Source of the DNA: Candidatus Saccharimonadota bacterium | GTDB lineage: Bacteria > Patescibacteriota > Saccharimonadia > CAILAD01 > BJGX01 | DNA length: 64,000 bases | Reading direction: 5' to 3' | Assembly: GCA_046350735.1 (NCBI GenBank) | Contig: JAXLZU010000001.1 | Span: forward strand, 76,530-140,529 | Shown: piece by piece, positions 26,680 through 37,229 of the stretch | How the letters are laid out: the number at the start of each line of letters is the position of its first letter | Numbering within the stretch: the stretch's first letter is position 1 | Made by a program: the position numbers and the translations under genes | Notes under the pieces: model-generated | Database searches by the model: none | What the model saw: the letters and a program-made list of their open reading frames with translations, nothing else | Told to the model about the DNA's origin: nothing

Positions 26680-27474
26680 ATGAATATTTTCTGGCAAGAA
26701 CTTAAATACTATCGACGCAGTACAGCTATTTGGATTGTAGTGCTTTGTGCTGTAATGTTGTTATTTCTGTCAGTCTATCCATCACTTTCTACGCAAATTG
26801 ATACATTTCGCGAGATAGTATCTAAATATCCAAAAGCACTGCTTACGGCAATTAATTTTCAATTTTCAATTTTTTATAGTGTGTATGGCCTATTTTCTTA
26901 TATGCTCACATTTATATGGGTTGCAGGGGCTATTATGGCAATGAACTACGGCGTTTCTGTGATTGGCAAAGAGACTTCGGGGCGCACAGCCGACTTTTTA
27001 TTATCCAAACCAGTTGGGAGAGTTAGAGTGCTGAGTGAAAAATTTGCTGCCACGTTTGTACTGATACTCATAACAAACATTTTCTTTACGAGCCTAACAT
27101 TTTTGGGTGCCAAAGTTATTTCTAATACTGGATTTAGTGAAAAAAGTTTCTTATTACTTAGCGTAAGCTTGTTTTTTATTCAGCTATTCTTTGTGACGCT
27201 TGGTTTTTTGGTAGGTACAATGTCTCGCAAAATACGATCAGTCATCTCAGTGACGCTTCCTACTGTTTTTGGATTTTATACTGTAGGCGCTTTGGCCGCC
27301 ATAGTAGATAAGCCTTTTGCTTACTACCTCACACCATTTAAGTATTTTGATGCTACGTATATTTTTCAAAACAATCATTACCAATATACCTATCTTATTG
27401 TGCTTGCAGTTTTTGTCTTGGTTTGTCTCGCTGGTAGTTATAGTATCTATTTACACAAGGATATCACCGACTAA
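26680..27474 (+). CDS. ABC-2 transporter permease
   Basis: 264 aa, 6 TM helices. Translationally coupled to the ATPase. Confidence 0.75.
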   Translation: MNIFWQELKYYRRSTAIWIVVLCAVMLLFLSVYPSLSTQIDTFREIVSKYPKALLTAINFQFSIFYSVYGLFSYMLTFIWVAGAIMAMNYGVSVIGKETSGRTADFLLSKPVGRVRVLSEKFAATFVLILITNIFFTSLTFLGAKVISNTGFSEKSFLLLSVSLFFIQLFFVTLGFLVGTMSRKIRSVISVTLPTVFGFYTVGALAAIVDKPFAYYLTPFKYFDATYIFQNNHYQYTYLIVLAVFVLVCLAGSYSIYLHKDITD

Positions 27475-28283
27475 TGCAAATGATTTGGCATGAGTTAAAA
27501 AGCAATCTCAAAGGTCTGATTGGCTGGACTATTGCAGTAATTATCTTTCAGCTTAGTGGTTATAGTAAATACCAAGGTTTTGCTGCAGCCGAAAGTTCTA
27601 ACTCGCTAAATTCTATTACCAATGTATTTCCGCCCGCTTTGCAAGCATTATTTGGAATGAGCAATCTCAATATTGGTACCCTGATTGGTTATTTTGGTAT
27701 ATTGTATGTGTATTTTGCACTAATGGGCTGTATATATTCTGGCTTGCTTGGTGCTAACATTATTGCTAAAGAAGAGCGAGATAAGACATCAGAATTTTTG
27801 TATACTCGGCCGGTAAGTCGAAATAAAGCACTCACTGCCAAAGTTACTGTAGGAATCTTTAATAGTGTATTCTTATGGGCGGTTATTGTAATAAGCTCGA
27901 TTATTGGTGTGGCTATTACAAATAGTTATCATTTTTCATTAAGTGGCCAGGTAATGCAAATGATGTGGGGAATATTACTAATGCAAATATTTTTCTTTTG
28001 TCTTGGTATGTTTTTTGCTGGGCTGTTTAAACGGCCTAAATTACCTACTACTGCTATAACAATATCTATTGTCGGAGCGTATTTTTTGGCAGCTTTTGCA
28101 GATTTGAATGTTAGTCTAAATTGGTTGCGTTTTTTTACACCATTTCGTTGGTTTAGTGCGCCTAGCATTGTTAATACAGGCCATGTAGCTTTAGGGTACA
28201 CTGTGTTAGCTATTATATTTTCACTAGTATTAATAACTTTCGGTTTTGTCTTGTTTGATAGGCGTGACATTACTGTTGGATAA
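27474..28283 (+). CDS. ABC-2 transporter permease (second subunit)
   Basis: 269 aa, 6 TM helices. Start overlaps upstream stop. Confidence 0.75.
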   Translation: MQMIWHELKSNLKGLIGWTIAVIIFQLSGYSKYQGFAAAESSNSLNSITNVFPPALQALFGMSNLNIGTLIGYFGILYVYFALMGCIYSGLLGANIIAKEERDKTSEFLYTRPVSRNKALTAKVTVGIFNSVFLWAVIVISSIIGVAITNSYHFSLSGQVMQMMWGILLMQIFFFCLGMFFAGLFKRPKLPTTAITISIVGAYFLAAFADLNVSLNWLRFFTPFRWFSAPSIVNTGHVALGYTVLAIIFSLVLITFGFVLFDRRDITVG

Positions 28284-28349
28284 ACGCTTGTAAAAAAATG
28301 TGCACCAGGGTGTATAATATAAACATAACATTAATTAAAGGAGTACAGT

Positions 28350-28754
28350 ATGGCTTCAAATAATAAAGAAGTAACTGGCTGGGTCGGTTGGGTGGCCTTT
28401 GCCGGTATATATATGGTAATTGCTGGTATTTTCCAGTTAATTGTCGGTTTCGTAGCATTGTTTAAAAATGATATCTACTTGGTAGGTAAAAGTACCGTAT
28501 GGTTTTTTGACTATTCAACCTGGGGTTGGATACATATGTTGATTGGCCTTATTGTTTTGCTTGTTGGCTTGGCAATCTTGGCTGGTCAAACATGGGGAAG
28601 AGTGGTAGGTGTAATTATGGTGGCAATTAGTTTAATTGCTACTTTTGCATTCTTGCCAATTTACCCATTCTGGTCAGTTGTTGTTTTAGTAGTTGATGCA
28701 TTAATTCTTTATGCATTAATAGCCCATGGTGGCGAAATGAAGGAAATGGAATAA
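28350..28754 (+). CDS. small integral membrane protein (hypothetical)
   Basis: AAAGGAG RBS. 134 aa with 4 TM helices. Confidence 0.6.
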   Translation: MASNNKEVTGWVGWVAFAGIYMVIAGIFQLIVGFVALFKNDIYLVGKSTVWFFDYSTWGWIHMLIGLIVLLVGLAILAGQTWGRVVGVIMVAISLIATFAFLPIYPFWSVVVLVVDALILYALIAHGGEMKEME

Positions 28755-28780
28755 CCCAATATATTCTCTCTAACTTCACA

Positions 28781-28810
28781 AAAAACCCATTTGATAATGG
28801 GTTTTTTGTT
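28781..28810 (+). terminator. rho-independent terminator
   Basis: AAACCCATT-TGATA-AATGGGTTT plus TTTTG. A partial CTCTAACTTCAC copy of the repeat arm lies just upstream (28766-28778). Confidence 0.55.
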
Positions 28811-28845
28811 TATAAATAGTATTTAGGTTTATAATAAGCAAAAGC

Positions 28846-30108
28846 ATGTTAAAACAGAGCAAAACCAAACAGTCTTTCTGGAGACACCATCGAGTTTTCT
28901 TAGTAATTCTAACTATGGTTGTTCTGATACTTCTTATTCTTATAGGTATTTTAGGATATCAACAGTATCAGGCTAATCAATATCAAAATAGTATTAGCTC
29001 GTTCTATAATACGAGTAACTTACCTCTCAATGGACCACTTGGCCAAGTTGTAAGAAGCGAGCCGCTTGGGCAAACAGTGCCAGGCGGAAGTGCACAGAGA
29101 ATCTTATATCGTACTCAAAGAGCTGACGGCACACCAACATTTGCTTCAGGTATTGTTTTTATTCCCAGTTTATCAACTACGACACCTCGTCCAGTTGTTG
29201 CCTGGGCGCACGGCACAATCGGCATGGGGCCACAATGTGCGCCATCACGTAATGCCAATTCTGTAGCTAGTATTGATTGGATTAGCTTGATGATGCAGCG
29301 AGGGTGGGTAGTAGCCGCTACAGATTATGCAGGGCTTGGAACACCGGGCATTGAAGAATATTTGATAGGCAATAGTGAATCAAACGACGTTCTTAATAGT
29401 GTTAGGGCAGCACGAAATATTACTAGTGCGCAAGCCGGCAATGTATTTACCGTCTGGGGACACTCACAGGGTGGACACTCAGCACTCTTTACCGCCAAAA
29501 ATGCCGCAAGTTATGCACCAGAGTTACAGCTAGTAGGTACAGCAGCAACTGCTCCTGCCGCAGAACTTGTACCGCTCTTTAACGAGCAGAATGGCCAAGC
29601 AATAGATTGGGTAATTGGTCCTGAGGCAATTATTTCTTGGCCATCAGTGTATGCCAATCTCAATGCCCAGGATGTCTTGACTTCTGCCGGTAAGAATAAT
29701 TACCAACAAATTGCTCAAAAATGCATTGATGCTGCAGCAATAAGTGGCATTGTTCGTAATGGTTTGCATCAACAGTTCTTTAATACCAATATTATGAATA
29801 TTCCCGCTTGGAAAACTGCTGCACAGGCCCAAACTGCACCAATATTAAAGCCAAACCAACCAGTTTTTGTTGGTGAAACGTTGGCCGACCAAGTTGTATT
29901 GCCCAACACAACAGCCCTATATATTCAGCAAGCTTGCGCGGCAAACTCAAATTTAACTTCTCTGTGGCTAAATGATGTAGGTCATATACAACTACAGACT
30001 GTGATAGCTCCAGCAGTAATTAATTGGCTTGGAGATAGATTTGCAAGTCGAACAAATATTTCTACCTGCAATCAGCCATTACCTATCGCGCCAGCACAAT
30101 CTAGCTAG
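28846..30108 (+). CDS. secreted lipase/esterase (alpha/beta-hydrolase, secretory-lipase-like)
   Basis: N-terminal TM/signal anchor. Nucleophile elbow GHSQGGH. Confidence 0.72.
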   Translation: MLKQSKTKQSFWRHHRVFLVILTMVVLILLILIGILGYQQYQANQYQNSISSFYNTSNLPLNGPLGQVVRSEPLGQTVPGGSAQRILYRTQRADGTPTFASGIVFIPSLSTTTPRPVVAWAHGTIGMGPQCAPSRNANSVASIDWISLMMQRGWVVAATDYAGLGTPGIEEYLIGNSESNDVLNSVRAARNITSAQAGNVFTVWGHSQGGHSALFTAKNAASYAPELQLVGTAATAPAAELVPLFNEQNGQAIDWVIGPEAIISWPSVYANLNAQDVLTSAGKNNYQQIAQKCIDAAAISGIVRNGLHQQFFNTNIMNIPAWKTAAQAQTAPILKPNQPVFVGETLADQVVLPNTTALYIQQACAANSNLTSLWLNDVGHIQLQTVIAPAVINWLGDRFASRTNISTCNQPLPIAPAQSS

Positions 30109-30166
30109 GTGTAGATAACAATGTTCTAAAACGCTTTAGTTGGGGTTATAATAAAGCATAACTTAT

Positions 30167-30985
30167 ATGAACAAAAAATATTCAAAACTCGATATCCTGC
30201 GTTGGGTAATTCTAATAATAATAGCCATTACAAACATATACATAGTAAAAAATCCTGTACTATCTTTGCTAATATTCTTGTTACCAATCACTTTTGTATT
30301 CTTACATAGTGGTAATTATTTTGGTTGGGTGCATACCCTCATTATGTTTGTACTAATTATTGCAATTGGATTTTTAGGAGAATATCTTGGTGTTCATACA
30401 GGAGTAATCTTTGGTAATTACTATTACAACCCTAGCCCCAATGTAAACGGATTTCTTATAGGAGGTGTGCCACCACTAGTAACATTTAGTTATGTATCGA
30501 TGGGCTATACCTGTTATATTTTGTCACGAATTATTTTAGGCTACTACAAGAAGGTAACTGGTTGGATGGTATTGGGTATCGCGGCAATGGCTGCAGTATT
30601 TATGGTAATTTGGGATATGTGTTTTGATCCAACCTCTTCTATTGTCCAGCATCTTTGGACATGGCAGAAGGGAGGTGCCTACTTTGGTGAGCCCTTTCAA
30701 AATTTTACGGGTTGGTTTATGGTAACCTTTACATTTTTTGTGGCTATAGGACTGTATTTGTGGTGGCGTTCGAAACCCAAAGACTATATTGCTAAGCCAA
30801 GCAAACTATTTTTATTAGAACCAATTATTCTTTTTGCCGCCAGTGCATTCTCTATCGTTGTTAAAGAAATGTCTCCAAGCCCAACTGTACTGCAGCAAAA
30901 TCTTGCTCTCATTGCATTATTTGGTATGGGTACAATTATACTAATTGCGGTATTACGGTTACTAACTACGAAAGGTTTTCACTAA
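30167..30985 (+). CDS. polytopic membrane protein (hypothetical)
   Basis: 272 aa with about 7 TM helices. Translationally adjacent to the next gene. Confidence 0.6.
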   Translation: MNKKYSKLDILRWVILIIIAITNIYIVKNPVLSLLIFLLPITFVFLHSGNYFGWVHTLIMFVLIIAIGFLGEYLGVHTGVIFGNYYYNPSPNVNGFLIGGVPPLVTFSYVSMGYTCYILSRIILGYYKKVTGWMVLGIAAMAAVFMVIWDMCFDPTSSIVQHLWTWQKGGAYFGEPFQNFTGWFMVTFTFFVAIGLYLWWRSKPKDYIAKPSKLFLLEPIILFAASAFSIVVKEMSPSPTVLQQNLALIALFGMGTIILIAVLRLLTTKGFH

Positions 30986-30987
30986 GA

Positions 30988-32652
30988 ATGGACATTGATA
31001 AAAATACAAAACAGAATATTGCAGCTGCACTTTGGCTAGATGAATATAATGAGGAAAAAATAGATAAAGACTTGCTACAACAAATTAATTCCGATAAAAA
31101 CTCATCTACTCAAATAGGTGCACGTATGCGACATTATTTGCAGTGGCTGAAAGACAATCAACAAACTCATAATCCTAATTACAGTAAACGTTATACATTA
31201 TTAACAAGCTTGGTGGGCGATATTAATGTACAAGCTGCCTATGTAATTGCAATGAAATTCTTGGGAAATAACGCAACCCAGGGATTTGAGGAAATGCCGA
31301 GCGTTTCTAATATAACGTTTCCCCGTGATCATGCACCACAGTTACGTAGCCAAGTTGGTTGGCATTTCTTTGTTGGTAGTGCTTGGGATGAAGATGGAGA
31401 AGAGTATGGAATAGAATTAATGTTTTTTAGAATTGCACTTTTGCCACCGAATATGGCCAATCAACTTGGTATTAGTGATATAGAAAATCAAATTGTAGAA
31501 ATTCAACTTGGAATATCTAAGGCAGGTGAAAGACATTATCAGGCAGAACCGATTGTAGTTGCCGGTACCTCAGGACTTATAGATATTATACCTAACCCAC
31601 TGCGTTACACTGTAGGTAAAAATGAAATTCGTGTTGACAAAAAAGACTCATTCTTTCCGATAAATGTTAAAGCCCAAGGTGATGATAATGGTCAGAGCCC
31701 TGCGGTAAGATTGGGTGTAGACCTTACTTTTACAAATGGTAGAGAATATCTTTACCAGGGTGACGATGGTTGTATGCCATGTGTTGCCGGAATGGGTACA
31801 CTCTATTATTCAATACCCAACTTAACTCTTAAGTCTGGCAGCTCAATTGTATATAAAGGTAAAAAAGTGACTCTTAAGAAAGGTACATTTTGGTTTGATC
31901 ATCAGTGGGGATTCTTGGGTGGTAATTCTCATTCTGCCATTCTTCGGGCTGCAAACAATATTGGCAAACCTATGCAGATGGGCTGGGATTGGTATATGGC
32001 CCAATTCGTAGGTAATAGACAACTAACAATGTTTGCTTCGCATAGTCCTGCTAATAAGCAATTTTATTTTCAGACAGGGCCAAAAGAGCCCGGTACAATG
32101 ACAGTTGATGTTGCGGGTAAGTATATGGATGAGAACAAAAAACTACACAATACATGGGGCACTCTAGTAATCGATAAATGGGTAAAAAGCGAAGCAAGCC
32201 CTAACCCAGATAAGTACCCAATAACGCACACGTGGCATCCTAACCACTGGAAGTTTGCATTCGACAAAACACTACCAGAGGAAATTCGTAACTTTGAGCT
32301 TCATCAGATTGTTCCGGTAGCTCAAACCAATTATTTTGCAAATGGATCACAGTATAATGAGGGTGCCGTGTATATTACTAATCCAGAAGGTAAGGATATA
32401 GGACGTGGTTTTGCCGAGGCTGTGCAATATGCCGACTGTACTGATAACATGATTAAATTGGCCGGATTTAATTACACAAAAGAAATTCACAATCTTTTTT
32501 CTCAGAGCGCTTCTTGGCCACGCAAATTATCTAGCTTATTGTATGTACTAGTGCATCAAAAAGAATTAAAGAAAACACTCTCTAGCGCAAAAGGAATGGA
32601 GTTCTTTAGTCGACCCAGTAAATCATCACCCAAAGTGAGCTCGAGACATTAA
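30988..32652 (+). CDS. AttH/CrtC-like (lipocalin-like domain) protein
   Basis: FWFDHQWGF and W-rich beta-strand pattern resemble the hydroxyneurosporene-synthase/AttH family. Assignment is tentative. Confidence 0.45.
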   Translation: MDIDKNTKQNIAAALWLDEYNEEKIDKDLLQQINSDKNSSTQIGARMRHYLQWLKDNQQTHNPNYSKRYTLLTSLVGDINVQAAYVIAMKFLGNNATQGFEEMPSVSNITFPRDHAPQLRSQVGWHFFVGSAWDEDGEEYGIELMFFRIALLPPNMANQLGISDIENQIVEIQLGISKAGERHYQAEPIVVAGTSGLIDIIPNPLRYTVGKNEIRVDKKDSFFPINVKAQGDDNGQSPAVRLGVDLTFTNGREYLYQGDDGCMPCVAGMGTLYYSIPNLTLKSGSSIVYKGKKVTLKKGTFWFDHQWGFLGGNSHSAILRAANNIGKPMQMGWDWYMAQFVGNRQLTMFASHSPANKQFYFQTGPKEPGTMTVDVAGKYMDENKKLHNTWGTLVIDKWVKSEASPNPDKYPITHTWHPNHWKFAFDKTLPEEIRNFELHQIVPVAQTNYFANGSQYNEGAVYITNPEGKDIGRGFAEAVQYADCTDNMIKLAGFNYTKEIHNLFSQSASWPRKLSSLLYVLVHQKELKKTLSSAKGMEFFSRPSKSSPKVSSRH

Positions 32653-32840
32653 TGAGTATGAAAGAGAAAAATCGCAAAAATATTATTGCTGCAGTTGTTG
32701 GTGTGCTACTTCTTGCTATGATAGTAGCTGGTATTACGTATTTCATACATCTACAAAATGAAACCCGTGAAAAAAACCTTAAAATTACCCCAACCTTTAC
32801 CGGTCCGCCAACACAAGCCAATCAATAATTACAGTCCAAT
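32652..32840 (+). CDS. small single-TM protein (62 aa), not in ORF track
   Basis: MSMKEKNRKNIIAAVVGVLLLAMIVAGITYFIH... Start overlaps upstream stop. Confidence 0.3.
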
Positions 32841-32880
32841 TTCAGGAAAAATTCAGCTAACCTGGGTTACAATACGGACT

Positions 32881-33564
32881 ATGCGAATACTTATTGTCGA
32901 AGACGAACATAAAATAGCCAATGCTCTCAAACGAGGACTCGAGCAAGAATCTTATGCGGTTGACGTTGAATATGATGGTGAGGATGGATTGCAGGCGGCA
33001 CTAAATGAAGATTATGATTTGTTAATTCTTGATAGGATGTTGCCAGGTGTTGAAGGGATGGAGATTTGCCGACGAGTTAGAGAGAAAAATATTCACTGTC
33101 CAATAATTATGCTCACCGCAAAAGATCAGATAAAAGATCGCGTAGCGGGGTTAAATTCTGGTGCAGATGATTATTTAATAAAACCATTTGCCTTTGAGGA
33201 GTTACTAGCTAGAATTAAAGCCTTATTACGTAGACCGCAAGACAACCTTGGCACAGTATTAAAGTCTGACAATCTTACTCTCGACACAGTAAATTATGAA
33301 GTAAAGAGAGATAAAAAACCTATTGCATTATCATCTAAAGAATACGCTTTGCTTTATTATTTGCTACGAAATCAAAATAGAGTGTTGAGTAAAGACACGA
33401 TAATATCACATGTCTGGGATTTTGATGCTGATGTTTTACCGAATACCGTTGAAGTTTATATGGGGTACTTGCGTAACAAGATAGACAAACCATTTACGGG
33501 CCCGAATCTTATCCACACTATTAGAGGGTTTGGATATAGGTTTGGGGTAGACAAACATGTATAG
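32881..33564 (+). CDS. OmpR-family response regulator
   Basis: MRILIVEDE..., phospho-acceptor LILDRMLPG. C-terminal winged helix. Start moved to the ATG at 32881 rather than the ORF-track start at 32758. Confidence 0.9.
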   Translation: MRILIVEDEHKIANALKRGLEQESYAVDVEYDGEDGLQAALNEDYDLLILDRMLPGVEGMEICRRVREKNIHCPIIMLTAKDQIKDRVAGLNSGADDYLIKPFAFEELLARIKALLRRPQDNLGTVLKSDNLTLDTVNYEVKRDKKPIALSSKEYALLYYLLRNQNRVLSKDTIISHVWDFDADVLPNTVEVYMGYLRNKIDKPFTGPNLIHTIRGFGYRFGVDKHV

Positions 33565-34591
33565 ACTTGCTCGTTTTTGGCGTGATTTAAGCCCAGCACT
33601 TAAGCTAACCATTGCATACTTAAGTATCTTAATGTTGATTAGTTTATTTTTTAGCATTGTCTTATACAACTTAGCTGCAAATCAACTAGAGAGTAGTTTG
33701 CGTCGACAATATGTAAAGTTAACACCAGGTAGCACTATAGTTATTCCACGTGGCCCTAATCCTGTGCAAGTAGAAGAAGAAATACAAAATGCTCGCCAAA
33801 ATCTTTTACTAGAATTAATATATTTTAATGCAATTATTTTGGCGCTTAGTGGACTAATAAGTTATTTGTTAGCGCGACAAACGGTAAAGCCAATAGAAGA
33901 TGCTCTGGAGGCGCAAAGTCGTTTTACTGCCGATGCTAGCCATGAGCTACGTACGCCGCTAGCAGCCATGCAGACCGAGATAGAAATAGCTTTGCGAGCA
34001 AAAAAAATCCCCACTGCAGAGGCACGCGAGCTGTTACAGAGCAACCTTGAAGAAGTAATTAAGCTACGTAATTTATCGGATGGTCTGCTTCGTTTGGCCA
34101 GAGCCGACAGTAGTGGTAAAAGTCTTGCGACGTCAAAAATTAACCTCGCTAAGGTAGTAAAAGAGGCCACCGAGCGAGTTGCAACAGCTGCCAAAAGCAA
34201 ACAAATAAAGATAAAAAACGAAGTAAACACCGTTTGGGTAGCAGCAGAAAAAGAAAGTCTTATCGATCTTATTGTTATATTGCTCGATAATTCAATAAAA
34301 TATAGTGATAAAAAAACTGAGGTGAAAATTATGTATAGCACTTCAGCAAATCATGTAAAACTATCTGTTAGTGACAATGGTCCGGGAATTGCAAAAAAAG
34401 ATTTAGAACATATTTTTGAAAGATTTTATCGATCAGATAACTCTCGAACAAAAAAACCAGATAGTGGATATGGCCTCGGACTATCGATAGCTGCAAAAAT
34501 TGCTCAACTACATGGCGGCAGTATTGGTGTAAAAAGTGCAGAAGGTAAAGGCTCAGTATTTACAGTTGTTTTATTAAAATGTAATTCTTAG
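33557..34591 (+). CDS. sensor histidine kinase (HisKA + HATPase_c)
   Basis: H-box ASHELRTPL. N, G1 and G2 boxes (DNGPGI, GYGLGLSI). Two N-terminal TM helices. Confidence 0.9.
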   Translation: MYRLARFWRDLSPALKLTIAYLSILMLISLFFSIVLYNLAANQLESSLRRQYVKLTPGSTIVIPRGPNPVQVEEEIQNARQNLLLELIYFNAIILALSGLISYLLARQTVKPIEDALEAQSRFTADASHELRTPLAAMQTEIEIALRAKKIPTAEARELLQSNLEEVIKLRNLSDGLLRLARADSSGKSLATSKINLAKVVKEATERVATAAKSKQIKIKNEVNTVWVAAEKESLIDLIVILLDNSIKYSDKKTEVKIMYSTSANHVKLSVSDNGPGIAKKDLEHIFERFYRSDNSRTKKPDSGYGLGLSIAAKIAQLHGGSIGVKSAEGKGSVFTVVLLKCNS

Positions 34592-34629
34592 TCTTCTAAC
34601 AACATATCTGATAGGATAGATGTACCACT

Positions 34630-35277
34630 ATGAAAAAATCTAAAGAAGTTCAAATATTTAGTGTTCAACTAGAAAATTGGCTTAACGGAAACACGCCAAA
34701 AACTCTTGGCGGGTTGCGCGATGTCTTTGCTGAAAAGAGCTTTGCTATAACCTTTATCTTATTAATGGCGGTGCCTGCCTTACCATTGCCTACCGGAGGT
34801 ATTACCCATGTTTTCGAAATTATTGTAATGCTTATGAGCTTTCAGATGATGCTAGGATTTCAGAAGTTCTGGCTACCAAAGAAATTACAAAAGACCAAGT
34901 TAAAATCTCTCACTCATCCAAAGACAGTAAACAAGATTACACGATTGGTTCAGTGGTTTGAGAGACACTCAAAACCACGTCTGGCAGAAGGAATTCAAAC
35001 CAAAGGATTTGTGTCGGTTTCGGCGGCAGTAATTTTTATTTTTACACTTGCTGCTTTTTTATCACCACCATTTTCTGGTCTAGATACGTTGCCGGCTCTT
35101 GGCGTAGTAATTCTCTCAGTAGGTATTCTTCTAGAAGACATAATTGTGGTAATACTAGGAGTAATCTTTGGGATAATTGGTATAGCACTGTCATTATTTT
35201 TAGGCGACACAATTATTGTCTTTATACACAATTGTATCTCGAGCGTACAATCGGTGTGCAGACAAGTTATTAAGTAA
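34630..35277 (+). CDS. ExoD-like exopolysaccharide-synthesis membrane protein
   Basis: 215 aa. ...PALPLPTGGITHVFEII... matches the ExoD family pattern. Confidence 0.55.
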   Translation: MKKSKEVQIFSVQLENWLNGNTPKTLGGLRDVFAEKSFAITFILLMAVPALPLPTGGITHVFEIIVMLMSFQMMLGFQKFWLPKKLQKTKLKSLTHPKTVNKITRLVQWFERHSKPRLAEGIQTKGFVSVSAAVIFIFTLAAFLSPPFSGLDTLPALGVVILSVGILLEDIIVVILGVIFGIIGIALSLFLGDTIIVFIHNCISSVQSVCRQVIK

Positions 35278-35362
35278 CAATCTCATTCTCACAGTCTTGC
35301 AATTTGAAGACTCGCAAAATACAATTGCTATTAAGCATAAGAATTAAAATTTAGGAGAAAAA

Positions 35363-35767
35363 ATGACAGATTATACAACGACTACCACTACTAGTAGTGC
35401 TAATGCAGGAGCCATAGGCGCAGTACTAGTTATCTATTGGTTGCTTATTTTGGTAGTTGCTATTTTGGCGATTGCCGGAATGTGGAAGACATTTGCTAAA
35501 GCTGGAAAACCAGGTTGGGCAGCAATTGTTCCAATTTATAATATTATTGTAATGCTAGAGATAATTAACCGACCGCTATGGTGGATTCTTCTCTTCTTTA
35601 TTCCTTTTGTTAATTTAATTGTGTACATTATTATTGCTCTCGATATGGCAAAAGCTTTTGGCAAAAGCACTGCGTTTGGAATTTTTGGACTTTGGATCTT
35701 CAGCTTTATTGGCTATCTAATGCTTGGATTTGGGTCTGCCAAATATGTCGGCGCACCAAACAAATAG
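35363..35767 (+). CDS. DUF5684-like membrane protein
   Basis: GKPGWAAIVPIYNIIVMLEIINRPLWWILL motif. Confidence 0.5.
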   Translation: MTDYTTTTTTSSANAGAIGAVLVIYWLLILVVAILAIAGMWKTFAKAGKPGWAAIVPIYNIIVMLEIINRPLWWILLFFIPFVNLIVYIIIALDMAKAFGKSTAFGIFGLWIFSFIGYLMLGFGSAKYVGAPNK

Positions 35768-36008
35768 TATTTGTACTTGGTAATAATCAATATATTCCCG
35801 GGCTTATTGCCCGGGATGATTATTATTGAGCTGATATACTCTTTATATATGAGTAAGTATCGTATAGGTATTATTATATTTCTCGTTCTTGTTTTTGGGA
35901 TACTAGTGTATAAAGCTAGGGATGTAGATTTTCACAAAAATCTCAGGCCGGCTATTTCAATTGATCAACATTAGTTTTACTAGCTTCAGAACTGCTACAA
36001 TATGTAAG

Positions 36009-37172
36009 ATGAACAATAATCAATATTCTCAAAAAGCTCTCGAAGAGCATAAAAAGTTAGCCGGAAAAATACAAACCATAGGTCGTGCCGATCTCACTAA
36101 AGCTGAGCAGTTGTCTACGTATTACACGCCAGGTGTTGGTGCAGTAAGCTCGTATTTGGCCAAACATCCCGAGGAAGTCAAAGACTATACGATTGCTGGC
36201 AATACAGTGGCTGTGGTGTCTGATGGTTCTGCTGTGCTTGGGCTAGGTAATGTCGGCCCAGAAGCGGCCTTACCTGTAATGGAAGGTAAGGCAATGCTGT
36301 TTTCTCAACTAGGGGGAGTGAATGCTTTTCCAATTGTGTTACGTAGTCAGGACACACAAGAAATTATTAATACTATTGTAAATATTGCACCTGTCTTTGC
36401 TGCAATAAATTTAGAAGATATAGCAGCACCGGCATGCTTTGCTATAGAAAAAGCACTGCAAACCAGGCTTACAATACCTGTTGTGCATGACGATCAGCAT
36501 GCTACCGCAATTGCAGTATTGGCAGGGCTTATTAATGCCCTAACAGTTGTTAACAAGCAAGCCGATAAAATTAAGGTTGTTATTCTAGGCGCGGGAGCGG
36601 CGGGTAATGCAGTAGCCAAACTATTAGTTGCGTATGGGGTTGGCGAAATTATTACAGTTGATAGTAGGGGAATTATTTATAAAGGTAGAGAGGAGCTAGA
36701 TGAGTATAAGTCTGAGCTTGCCAATATTACTAATAAAACTGCTATCCAGGGTTTGGCAGAGGACGCTGTAACAGATGCTGATGTTATTATCGGACTTACT
36801 ACAGGTGGTACCATCTTGCCCAACTACATTAAGATGATGAATACACAGCCAATTGTTTTTGCCCTGGCAAACCCTATACCAGAGATTATGCCCGTGGATG
36901 CTTTGCAGGCAGGTGCCGCTGTTGTTGCGACTGGGCGATCTGATTTTGCTAATCAAATTAATAATGTTTTAGTTTTTCCAGGGCTTTTTAAAGGATTGAT
37001 TGAGAGTAGACAAATGGTGGTTAGCGAAGCTATCAAAATTACTGCAGCAACTGCTTTGGCCAAATGTGTTAAAAACCCAGCGCCAGATAATATTGTTCCA
37101 AGTGTTTTTGATGAGCGAGTTGTGCCGGCAATTACCGAAGCACTCACAGCCAAGCATAAGCATAGCACTTGA
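36009..37172 (+). CDS. NAD(P)-dependent malic enzyme
   Basis: LSTYYTPGVG, GAGAAG NAD-binding motif. Full malic-enzyme architecture without PTA domain. Start at the ATG at 36009 rather than the upstream TTG at 35961. Confidence 0.9.
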   Translation: MNNNQYSQKALEEHKKLAGKIQTIGRADLTKAEQLSTYYTPGVGAVSSYLAKHPEEVKDYTIAGNTVAVVSDGSAVLGLGNVGPEAALPVMEGKAMLFSQLGGVNAFPIVLRSQDTQEIINTIVNIAPVFAAINLEDIAAPACFAIEKALQTRLTIPVVHDDQHATAIAVLAGLINALTVVNKQADKIKVVILGAGAAGNAVAKLLVAYGVGEIITVDSRGIIYKGREELDEYKSELANITNKTAIQGLAEDAVTDADVIIGLTTGGTILPNYIKMMNTQPIVFALANPIPEIMPVDALQAGAAVVATGRSDFANQINNVLVFPGLFKGLIESRQMVVSEAIKITAATALAKCVKNPAPDNIVPSVFDERVVPAITEALTAKHKHST

Positions 37173-37229
37173 TTTGCAAGCTTTTTGAGATTACGATAGA
37201 GAAAACAACTTAACATAAGGAACGTTATA

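Noticed and set aside
35771-35974. 67-aa ORF after the DUF5684-like gene
   Set aside because: Extremely Ile/Leu-rich, no RBS, AT-rich intergenic character. Insufficient support to call.
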